From Candidatus Latescibacterota bacterium (lineage in GTDB: Bacteria > Latescibacterota > UBA2968 > UBA8231), in assembly GCA_965203355.1 (NCBI GenBank), contig OZ241889.1, positions 576,001-640,000 of the forward strand: a stretch of DNA of 64,000 nt. The letters are read 5' to 3'. How positions within the stretch are numbered: position 1 is the stretch's first letter; each line of letters begins with the position of its first letter. Under the pieces are notes generated by a model. It ran no database searches. It saw only the letters and a list, made by a program, of their open reading frames with translations, and had not been told where the DNA came from. This document shows positions 10,231 through 21,103 of this stretch, in pieces. The position numbers were made by a program, and so were the translations under genes.

Positions 10231-11112
10231 TCATTCGCTCGCCTCACAAAAAAACGGCTGCGTCCAAGCAAACGCCTCTCCTGCGCCCCAACACTCAAAG
10301 CGCACGTAGCCTGCCCGCTCTGGCACTTCCACCTCAATTTCCCGTCTATCGGCTACGGCTATCCGCTTCGCGCCGGCGCACAAGGCCACGATCCGCGCCG
10401 CATTCTCCGTCTCAATCCAAATCCTGTTTCCCTCGGCTTGGATCTGGGTGATCTCGACTCCGGTCGAGGCGTAAAAGCGACCGGCGCACAGGGCCTCTAT
10501 CACGCCGCTAGCGGTCTCCTCCTCCACATAGGCCACATTCCATCCCAACCCCACATCGCCTTTCGCCGCGTGGCTGTCGTCGTTGGCAAATCCCCACAGG
10601 CGGCGTCCCGCGCTCAGCAGCATGTCCCAGCGATTCGTCGCGTAGGGGCTGCCTTCCAAGCGGCCCACCACGCCGTTGTATATCTCCAAGCCCACGTAGC
10701 CCTCGCAGGCCTGCAAAAGCTCCTGCGGACAGTGGTTGAAATGGTCGCGCCAGTTGGGATGGTTGAAAAGGACGAATCCTCCGCCTGCTTCGCCGACCTC
10801 GTCAATTACTCGTTGTCGGTCCGCCTCGGGTGCGACCCACGCTGTGGCCCCAACGTGCAAAACGTGCGGACCGTTGGCTGTAATTTCATTGCCCGGCACC
10901 AAGATCATCCCTTGGGCGTCGTATTGCTCGTAATCCGCTAGGGACGTATAGATGTCATGGTCGGAGATCGTCAAGAAGCCATAGCCGCGGCCCGCATAGT
11001 CGTCGATTACCGCTTGGTGATCGCGCTCGCCGTCGCTGGCGGTCGTGTGCGCGTGCAGGTTGCCGACTAGCCAGCGGCCTCCGCGCAAATTCTGATAGGG
11101 ATGTTCAATCAT
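10231..11112 (-). CDS. PHP-domain (CehA/McbA-like) metallohydrolase
   Basis: GNLHAHT..SDG, SDHD, GNE, NHP and NDDSH motifs. Confidence 0.85.
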   Translation of the reverse strand: MIEHPYQNLRGGRWLVGNLHAHTTASDGERDHQAVIDDYAGRGYGFLTISDHDIYTSLADYEQYDAQGMILVPGNEITANGPHVLHVGATAWVAPEADRQRVIDEVGEAGGGFVLFNHPNWRDHFNHCPQELLQACEGYVGLEIYNGVVGRLEGSPYATNRWDMLLSAGRRLWGFANDDSHAAKGDVGLGWNVAYVEEETASGVIEALCAGRFYASTGVEITQIQAEGNRIWIETENAARIVALCAGAKRIAVADRREIEVEVPERAGYVRFECWGAGEAFAWTQPFFCEASE

Positions 11113-11281
11113 CGCATTCTCCTTGGTTGGAAAGCGGCCTCAAAATACGGGAGCACCCGGCGGGCGACAAGGGAAGGCGCGCCGGGATCGTGTTGACGCG
11201 AAAAGTAAGCGGCCCTTTAATACAAGCCCGTGCAACGACACGTTTTGAGAACTCACAACTGAAAATCGCCAGGGGAGCCCG

Positions 11282-12436
11282 ATGAAAATCACCGATGTCC
11301 GCACGCTTTCGCTTTCGCGCGTCCACGAGCCTGAGCGTCAGTGGTACAGCGCCACCTTCCACGTGCCCAAGGCCGATTGCTCGATCTGCATCATCGAAAC
11401 CGACGAGGGGTTGCAGGGCATCGCCGAGCCTTGCGCGTACGGTGTGCCGCCTGCAATCGCCGCGCGCATCGAAGAGCTCAAGCCCAGTCTCATCGGCCGC
11501 GACCCCCGCGACCAAGACATGACGCCGCACAACGAAGCGATGCGGGCCAACGACATTGCCAACGCGGGCCTCAACTGTGCGCTGTGGGATTTGCGCGGTA
11601 AGATCGCGGGCAAACCCACCGCCGACCTGCTCTGCTCACCCGGGCAAGCACCGCTGCGCCGCCTCCGCCTCTACGCTTCCTCGGGCGTGTGCTACGACTG
11701 GGATGACCGCCCCGAATCCGTCGTCGAAGAAGCGAGCGGCTACGCTGAAGACGGTTTCACCGCCTACAAGATGCGCCTAGGCACCCATTGGGCGTGGTCG
11801 GGCGTTACCGTCGATCGCTTTCTCAAAATAGCACGCCAAGTACACGAGGCTGTGGGTGCGCGGATGGACTTAGCGCTCGACGGCAATTGCCGCCTCTCGA
11901 TGGAGGAAGCGCTGCCTATTGCCGAGGCACTCGACGAGATGGGCTGGGCTTGGTTTGAGGAGCCGGTCGAGCGCGTACCCGCGGATTACGCTCGGCTCAA
12001 CGAGGCCGTCGCCATTCCCATCACTGGCGGCGAGCCTTTTACCACGTGGGCGCAGTTCAAGCCTTTTATGGAGGCGGGCGGCTTCGGCATAGTCCAACCC
12101 GACGCTGGCGTCTGCGGCATTGACCTCTGCTTGGAAGTCGGCCACAAGGCTCACTTCGACTACAGCGGCATACCCCTGATCCCGCACAACTGGCACAACG
12201 GCCTGATGACGATGGCCAACGCCCACATGGTTGCGGCACTGCCTGCCCCACGCCTAGTCGAGCTAAACATGAAACAGGGGCCGCTACAGTGGGAGATTCT
12301 GCGCGAGCAACCGCTGATCAAAGACGGCCACTTGGTCCTGCCCGACGCCCCGGGCTTTGGCGTCGAATTGGCCGACGACCTTGAAACGCGCTTCCCGTAC
12401 ATCGAAGGCTCTTGGGGCAATCCCGTCCAGCGCTGA
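11282..12436 (+). CDS. Mandelate racemase/muconate lactonizing enzyme family protein
   Basis: ALWDLRGK, KMR, D.N, WFEEP, GGE, QPD, PH and PGFGVE motifs. Confidence 0.9.
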   Translation: MKITDVRTLSLSRVHEPERQWYSATFHVPKADCSICIIETDEGLQGIAEPCAYGVPPAIAARIEELKPSLIGRDPRDQDMTPHNEAMRANDIANAGLNCALWDLRGKIAGKPTADLLCSPGQAPLRRLRLYASSGVCYDWDDRPESVVEEASGYAEDGFTAYKMRLGTHWAWSGVTVDRFLKIARQVHEAVGARMDLALDGNCRLSMEEALPIAEALDEMGWAWFEEPVERVPADYARLNEAVAIPITGGEPFTTWAQFKPFMEAGGFGIVQPDAGVCGIDLCLEVGHKAHFDYSGIPLIPHNWHNGLMTMANAHMVAALPAPRLVELNMKQGPLQWEILREQPLIKDGHLVLPDAPGFGVELADDLETRFPYIEGSWGNPVQR

Positions 12437-12442
12437 GGATTC

Positions 12443-13276
12443 ATGGTCACGGACCTCGAAAATTATCTCTTCGACCTGCGCGGCTACCTGCACTTAGAGG
12501 GGGCACTTACCGCCGATGAAGTCAAAGACCTCAACGACTGCCTCGACGCCATCCCGCCGCTGGAGCCGGGCGACTGGTACGGCCACATCCACGCCCATAT
12601 CTACGGCACGGTTGACGGCCTCAACTTGCAGCAAATCTACGAGGCGGGCGAACCTTTTGAGCGGATGATCGACCATCCCGCTTGGATCGAGAAAGTCAAG
12701 CATTTCGTCGGCGGCGAAGGCACGTTCGACTACGCACACGGGCCGCTCTTCATCGACGAAAACTTTGCCAACTTCCGCCAGCCTGGGGAAGCCATCGGCC
12801 TGCACTCTGGCGGCTATCCGCCCATCATGCGCAACCAATTCCGCTACCACGGCGGACGCTACCTGTGCGGGCAAATCAACATCCTCGTCGCGCTCGCGGA
12901 TATAGGCCCGGGCGACGGCGGCACCATGCTGATCCCCGGCAGCCACAAATCCAACTTCGCGCATCCCGCCTTAGACCAGCATCGCATGAAGCCCGAGGGA
13001 GCTACCGTCGAGGGCATCACCGGCGCGGTCGAGTGCCGCATGGCTCGAGGCGACGCCTTGCTCTTCGTCGATGGCCTCTCGCACGGCTCGGCCCGACGCC
13101 AAAACGAGGGTACGCGCCGGATTTTCGTCTATCGCTACGGCCCTTCTTGGGGCAACTTCCGCCACGGCTACCGCCCCTCGGACGAGCTGTTGGCACGCCT
13201 GACGCCTGAGCGACGGCAGATCGTCTGGCCGCAAAAACCCCGCCCCCAAGGACCGCAGAAAAAGGCTACGGAATAG
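12443..13276 (+). CDS. PhyH-family Fe(II)/2-oxoglutarate oxygenase with HxG motif (candidate halogenase)
   Basis: GDGGTMLIPGSHK, GDALLF...H214, and R225. The first iron motif is H121-S-G123. Confidence 0.85.
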   Translation: MVTDLENYLFDLRGYLHLEGALTADEVKDLNDCLDAIPPLEPGDWYGHIHAHIYGTVDGLNLQQIYEAGEPFERMIDHPAWIEKVKHFVGGEGTFDYAHGPLFIDENFANFRQPGEAIGLHSGGYPPIMRNQFRYHGGRYLCGQINILVALADIGPGDGGTMLIPGSHKSNFAHPALDQHRMKPEGATVEGITGAVECRMARGDALLFVDGLSHGSARRQNEGTRRIFVYRYGPSWGNFRHGYRPSDELLARLTPERRQIVWPQKPRPQGPQKKATE

Positions 13277-13281
13277 ATTCC

Positions 13282-14163
13282 ATGAAGGGCATCATCCTCG
13301 CCGGCGGCCAAGGCACGCGCCTTTATCCTTTGACCGTATCGGTCTCCAAACAACTGCTGCCAATTTTCGACAAGCCGATGATTTACTATCCGCTCTCGGT
13401 GCTCATGCTGGCCGATATCCGCGAGATTCTCATCATCTCCAGCCCAGCACACGTCGATCTCTACCGCCAGCTTTTCGGCGATGGCGAGCGGCTGGGGCTG
13501 CGCATTGAATACGCGGTCCAAGATCGGCCCGAGGGCGTGGCACACGCCTTTGTCGTGGGGGCCGACTTCGCTGGCCGCGATCCCTGCGCCTTGATATTCG
13601 GCGACAACTTCCTCTACGGGCACGGCCTGACGGCCATTCTACAGCGCGCTAGCCAGCTACGGGAGGGCGGCTTGGCCTTCGCTTGCTACGTGAATAATCC
13701 CACGCGCTACGGGGTCGTCGAATTTGACGCCGAGGGCAACGCCATCAGCATTGAAGAGAAGCCGCAAAACCCCAAGTCCAATTACGCGGTCATCGGCCTT
13801 TATTTTTACGACGGAGAAGTCGTCGACATCGTCCGCGGCCTCAAGCCTTCGGCCCGCGGCGAGTTGGAGATTACCGATGTCAACAACGAGTATCTGCGCC
13901 GCCGACAACTCAAAATTGAGGTGTTAGGGCGGGGTTTTGCTTGGTTCGACACCGGCACCCACGAGAGCCTGCTAGAGGCCAGCGACTTCGTCCAAACCAT
14001 TGAGCACCGGCAAGGGCTCAAAGTGGGCTGCATTGAGGAAATAGCGCACCGCAAGGGCTACATTGGCGCGGATCAGCTCCTCCGCATCGCCCATTACTCC
14101 GACGACAATCCCTACTGTCTTTATCTGAAACGCCTAGTCGAAGAGCGAGGGCCAGCGTTCTGA
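13282..14163 (+). CDS. rfbA: Glucose-1-phosphate thymidylyltransferase
   Basis: GIILAGGQGTRLYPLT, SKQLLP, EEKP, SARGELEITD and GRGFAWFDTGT motifs. Confidence 0.97.
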   Translation: MKGIILAGGQGTRLYPLTVSVSKQLLPIFDKPMIYYPLSVLMLADIREILIISSPAHVDLYRQLFGDGERLGLRIEYAVQDRPEGVAHAFVVGADFAGRDPCALIFGDNFLYGHGLTAILQRASQLREGGLAFACYVNNPTRYGVVEFDAEGNAISIEEKPQNPKSNYAVIGLYFYDGEVVDIVRGLKPSARGELEITDVNNEYLRRRQLKIEVLGRGFAWFDTGTHESLLEASDFVQTIEHRQGLKVGCIEEIAHRKGYIGADQLLRIAHYSDDNPYCLYLKRLVEERGPAF

Positions 14164-14329
14164 TAACGGAGGGGGCATGGCTCCTGAGCGGATCACTTCT
14201 TTTGTATGGGACTACTCTTTAATGGGGTTCGTGTCGTCGCTTGGTCCGCTGCGTCTGTTCCACGCCGCGGCGATTGCGCCCTGCGGCCCATTTTCCTAAT
14301 CTGAAATATTTTCCCAAAGCGGAACGGCG

Positions 14330-14827
14330 ATGGACATAGAGGAATTCGACTATACTCAATGGTGCGACAGCACCGGGGCGCCGCTCGCGAAAAGGCCCGA
14401 ACGGCTCGGCGTGGCGGCCAATGGCTTTATCCGCGACAAGATCGGCAAAATCCTGCTGCAACAGCGTGCGGACAACGGTTTTTGGGGGATGCCCGGTGGC
14501 CAAGTCGAGCTCGGCGAATCCGTCGAACAGAGCGTGATGCGCGAAGTCTATGAGGAAACGGGCTTAGAGGTGCGCGTTGAGCGGCTGATCGGGATCTACT
14601 CCGAGCCGGGGGGCTACCCATTCATGCGCTATCCCAATGGTACTATCGTCCACTACGTCACCCACGTCTTTATTTGCGAACCCATTGCCGGCGCATTGCG
14701 GCTCTCCTCAGAAAGCACCAACATCGGCTATTTTGCGGCCGATGCCCTGCCCGCACAGACCTTGCTCTCGCACCGCCTCCGCATCGCGGACGCGCTGACC
14801 GGCCTAGTGTACCCGTTTATTCGCTGA
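14330..14827 (+). CDS. NUDIX hydrolase
   Basis: Nudix box GGQVELGESVEQSVMREVYEETG. Confidence 0.92.
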   Translation: MDIEEFDYTQWCDSTGAPLAKRPERLGVAANGFIRDKIGKILLQQRADNGFWGMPGGQVELGESVEQSVMREVYEETGLEVRVERLIGIYSEPGGYPFMRYPNGTIVHYVTHVFICEPIAGALRLSSESTNIGYFAADALPAQTLLSHRLRIADALTGLVYPFIR

Positions 14828-14923
14828 ACCATGTTGACCGCACTTCACCCAAAGCGAAGCATCCCACACCTAGCGTAAAAATCAGTTACTCGTCCCAACC
14901 TTCACCTCGAGAAAAGGAATGAC

Positions 14924-15901
14924 ATGATCAAAATTGCCGAAGTCCTGCCCGATCATCCCACGCCGCTGTGGCGGATGGTCAAGCAATGCGGCGTTGACCA
15001 CGTGGTCGGCGGCTTTTCCACACCGGGCGACCCGGCCGACATCCACCCCGAGCAACGGCCCTGGAGCTTCACCAACCTCGTGCGGATGAAGACCGCGTTT
15101 AACGACGGCGGCTTCTCCCTCGACGTCATCGAGGCGCGCCCGCCGCTCAACAAAGCCAAGCTCGGCCTGGCGGATCGCGACGAAGAGATCGAATACGCCT
15201 GCGCGCTGATTCGCAACATGGGTCGGGTCGGCATCCCAGTCTGGTGCCCCGAGTGGATGCCCGTGCTCAACTGGACTCGCACCTCCATGGCGGCCCCCGG
15301 GCGCGGCGGTGCCCTGGTCACTGGCTTTGACAACGAGCTGATGAAAAACGCACCTCTGACCGACGCGGGCGTCGTCACCGAAGAGCAGCTTTGGGACAAC
15401 CTGAAGTACTTCCTCGAAAAGGTCGTGCCGGTCGCTGAGGAAGCTGGAGTCAAACTTGCCATGCACCCCGACGATCCGCCGCTGTCGCCCCTGCGCGGCA
15501 TGGGGCGGATCATGCGCAGCGTCGAAAACTACCAAAAGCTCATTGACCTAGTGCCTAGCCCGGCCAATGGCATTTGTCTGTGCCAAGGCAACTTCACCCT
15601 GATGACCGACGATTTGCCTGAAGTCATTCGCCACTTTGGCGACCGCATCTACTTCGTCCATTTCCGCGATGTGCGCGGCACGCCAAAAAAATTCGTCGAG
15701 ACCTTCCACGACGAAGGCAAGACCGACATGCGCGCCTGCATGGAAGCCTACCGCGACATCGGCTTTGAAGGCGTCCTGCGCCCCGACCACGTGCCGACGA
15801 TGGAGGGAGATCGCAACGACCAGCCGGGCTATTCGTCGATCGGGCGCTTGTTCGCTATCGGCTACATCAAGGGGCTGCGCGAAGCCGTGTACGCCGGTTA
15901 A
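14924..15901 (+). CDS. uxuA: Mannonate dehydratase (UxuA) family protein
   Basis: LWDNLKYFL, HPDDPP, HFRDV, ETFHDEG and RPDHVP motifs. Confidence 0.85.
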   Translation: MIKIAEVLPDHPTPLWRMVKQCGVDHVVGGFSTPGDPADIHPEQRPWSFTNLVRMKTAFNDGGFSLDVIEARPPLNKAKLGLADRDEEIEYACALIRNMGRVGIPVWCPEWMPVLNWTRTSMAAPGRGGALVTGFDNELMKNAPLTDAGVVTEEQLWDNLKYFLEKVVPVAEEAGVKLAMHPDDPPLSPLRGMGRIMRSVENYQKLIDLVPSPANGICLCQGNFTLMTDDLPEVIRHFGDRIYFVHFRDVRGTPKKFVETFHDEGKTDMRACMEAYRDIGFEGVLRPDHVPTMEGDRNDQPGYSSIGRLFAIGYIKGLREAVYAG

Positions 15902-16168
15902 ACCGCGAACAAAACTTTCTGGGCGTTCCTCAAAATGCGATCCTGGCGCCCGTTCGGTGCAGGGCACCAACTCGGCCGCCAGCCCGTCCTCGTTGAGTCA
16001 GGCGATGAACCGCAGCTACCCGCCGCCTTCAGAAGTGAATGAGCACCAACAGGCGCGTTTTAGGCAGACGGGACGAACATGTATCAGACCGTGCCCAAGT
16101 GCCAATCATCGATCTGGACGCGCCCTGGGTCGTTGACGGCATGGCCGCACAACAGGAGGCCGCACCAC

Positions 16169-16999
16169 GTGAAACTCTACTACAGCACCTATGGCATGAA
16201 GCAACTCGACGTCTTCGAGGCCCTGCCGCGCCTCGCCGACATGGGCTACGAGGGCATGGAAATCGCCGTCACGCCCGGCTGGCCGACCGAGCCGGCCAAC
16301 ATGGATGCGGACGCGCGCAAAAGACTCGCCGACCTCTTCCGCCAACTCGGCTTCCCCACGCCAGCGCTAATGGCCCTGCTCTCGCCCTGCGTCGAAGGCG
16401 AGGGACGCGCCGCTGCACTGGCGCAATTCAGGGCGACCTTTGAACTGAGTCGCGCACTCCGGCTCGACGACCACCCAATGATCGTCAGCACCACCCTCGG
16501 CCATCCCAAACCCGCTTGGAAAACCGGCAAAGAGCGCATCGTCGAGCTGGTCCTCGAAGTGGGCGACATGGCCGCCGAATACGACGTCATCGTCGCCATC
16601 GAGCCTCATGCCGGCGACGACTTTGAGACGCCGGAAAAGGCCGCTTGGCTCATGCAGCAAACCAATCACCCGCATCTCGGCCTCAACTTCGACTACAGCC
16701 ACTTCTGGGTGGAGGGCATCGACTTGCAGCACTCGATTGACCTGAACCTCCAGTACTCAGTCCACAATCACATCAAGGACGGCTATCTCGACGAGGAAGG
16801 ACGGGTCCGCTATCTCCTGCCCGGCAGCGGCAAGCTGGACGTGAAGGCTTACTACAAGGCCGTGCAGGATGCCGGCTGGGACAAATACATCTGTCCAGAG
16901 GTCACCGGCCAGATATGGAACGCAAATGGGTACGACGCTTGGAGCACAGCGCAGTTTTGCTACGACGTGCTGGACGCGCCGCGCCGGGCATCGAACTAA
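16169..16999 (+). CDS. Sugar phosphate isomerase/epimerase (xylose isomerase-like TIM barrel)
   Basis: IEPH, NFDYSH, HIKD and PGSG motifs. AGGAGG RBS before GTG 16169. Confidence 0.85.
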   Translation: MKLYYSTYGMKQLDVFEALPRLADMGYEGMEIAVTPGWPTEPANMDADARKRLADLFRQLGFPTPALMALLSPCVEGEGRAAALAQFRATFELSRALRLDDHPMIVSTTLGHPKPAWKTGKERIVELVLEVGDMAAEYDVIVAIEPHAGDDFETPEKAAWLMQQTNHPHLGLNFDYSHFWVEGIDLQHSIDLNLQYSVHNHIKDGYLDEEGRVRYLLPGSGKLDVKAYYKAVQDAGWDKYICPEVTGQIWNANGYDAWSTAQFCYDVLDAPRRASN

Positions 17000-17059
17000 A
17001 GGCGGACAAAATCCAGGGCAATTCGACGGTGCTCTAAAGAGGCTCAACGAGCGTTTTAA

Positions 17060-17186
17060 GAAGCCTTTTGTTTTTTGCTCCCCCAAAAGCCTAGTAGTAA
17101 TGGAGCCTCGCCCTTGGAAAACGCCCGATCGAGGAACCGCTCGACCGCCCGTTGAAGTAGCCCGACGAGAATCTTAAAAAGGCTTC
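17060..17186. mobile_element. Candidate MITE (127 bp)
   Basis: Perfect 10-bp terminal inverted repeats GAAGCCTTTT/AAAAGGCTTC, with TAA directly flanking both sides. Confidence 0.5.
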
Positions 17187-17247
17187 TAAGGACGTACCAC
17201 TACCCAATTAGCGTCGAATCCACCTTCAACCGCACAAGGAGAACGAC

Positions 17248-17726
17248 ATGAGCAGCGTCCACGACTTCACAGCCCAAACCATCCACGGCCAACGCGCCGA
17301 CCTAGCCGACTACGCTGGCAATGCGCTCCTCGTCGTCAATGTGGCCAGCGAGTGCGGCTTGACCCCGCAGTACGCCGACCTAGAGGCTCTACATCGCCAA
17401 TACGCCGCCAAGGGACTAGCAGTCCTCGGCTTTCCCTGCAACCAGTTCGGGGGGCAAGAGCCGGGCAACGAGGAGCAAATCCTCGACTTCTGCCAGGCCC
17501 GCTACGACGTGAGTTTCCCGCTCTTCGGCAAAATCGAGGTCAACGGCCCCAACCGTCATCCGCTCTACGCCTATCTCGCTGGCGAGGATGCGGCCTTCCC
17601 CGGCGACATCTCTTGGAACTTCGAGAAATTCCTCATCGACAAAGGCGGGCAACCGCTGGCCCGCTTCGCGCCCCGAACCACCCCGAATCACCCGACAGTA
17701 GTCGCCGCCATTGAAGAGGCACTCTC

Positions 17727-17730
<4 letters not shown>
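17248..17730 (+). CDS. Glutathione peroxidase (Cys type)
   Basis: VNVASECG, LGFPCNQFGGQEPG and WNFEKFL motifs. Confidence 0.95.
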
Positions 17731-20116
<2,386 letters not shown>

Positions 20117-20291
20117 TCATTTCCCGATGGCCATCGGGTGCCCCTTGCCAGCCCGTAAGAGCTTGACATAATGTATGCTGATATGGAAGATAACTACGGT
20201 TGGGCCTAATAATCTCAACGAGCAGCGGATACGTTGCTCGCTGCGCTCCTGATTGCCCAGCGGCGCGGCGTTGAACGAACGGGAACACGAC

Positions 20292-20435
20292 ATGGCCAAG
20301 ACAGTGATTCTCGATACAAATGTGCTCTACGATGTAGGATCGACATTGCGAGGGCCGCAGGGTTCGCCCGGAGAATACGCCAGCCCGGATGCGAACTCAG
20401 TGAAGCCGCGCCAGCTAAAGACCGGAATTGTGTAA
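20292..20435 (+). pseudogene. Truncated PIN-domain gene remnant
   Basis: MAKTVILDTNVL is a typical PIN N-terminus, followed by unrelated sequence and a stop after 47 aa. Confidence 0.45.
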
Positions 20436-20461
20436 AGGAGGAGGCCGCAAAGTATCGCAAG

Positions 20462-20689
20462 ATGGACCTTGAAGACTACATTGATATCCGACCCGGTGTT
20501 CGCAGCGGCAAGCCTTGTTTCAAAGGTACCCGAATTACCGTCTACGACGTGCTGGAATACTTAGCGGGAGGGATGACTGAAGTTGAGCTTTTAGCCGATT
20601 TTCCGACTCTGACGCCGCAGCACATCCTCGCTGCACGAGAGTTTGACGCTGTCCATAATATCCGGCTTGCGTCCGGTTCCATGGCGTGA
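20462..20689 (+). CDS. DUF433 putative antitoxin
   Basis: GKPCFKGTRITVYDVLEYLAGG...DFPTL motif. Confidence 0.9.
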   Translation: MDLEDYIDIRPGVRSGKPCFKGTRITVYDVLEYLAGGMTEVELLADFPTLTPQHILAAREFDAVHNIRLASGSMA

Positions 20690-21030
20690 AACTTCTCCTC
20701 GACGAGAACCTTAGCCATCGGCTCGTTGCACGACTTGAGGGAGCTTTTCCCGGTACCATCAGTGTCGATTGTATTGGGCTTCGCAGCCAGCCTGATACAG
20801 CCATCTGGGATTATCCAGCCGCACAGGGTTTTGCAATTGCGTCGAAGGATGAAGACCTCCGTCAACTCAGTTTCTGTCGAGGCCATCCGCCAAAAGTAAT
20901 ATGGCTTGCCGTGGGAAACGCCGGGACCGACCAAATCGCGGACTTGTTGCTGCGAAATAAAAATCGAATCATTGCGTTTCTCGACCAGAATGAAAACTCC
21001 CTTCTCACCTTAGACTTGATTGCGAGATAG
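20686..21030 (+). CDS. DUF5615 PIN-like putative toxin
   Basis: MKLLLDENLS, D..IW, SKDED and GHPPKVIWL motifs. GTGA overlap with DUF433. Confidence 0.88.
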   Translation: MKLLLDENLSHRLVARLEGAFPGTISVDCIGLRSQPDTAIWDYPAAQGFAIASKDEDLRQLSFCRGHPPKVIWLAVGNAGTDQIADLLLRNKNRIIAFLDQNENSLLTLDLIAR

Positions 21031-21103
21031 TTTAGCGGTCATGCTTATCTCCAATGTTCCCCTTCAGCGCATGAGGACGAGAGCGGTAGTTAAGGAGAAT
21101 CCA

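Noticed and set aside
20158-20193. loxP-like sequence (ATAATGTATGCT matches the loxP spacer region)
   Set aside because: The arms are poorly conserved and need insertions to align, they are not palindromic, and no tyrosine recombinase is nearby. Best read as a chance match within an AT-rich promoter (TTGACA at 20163).
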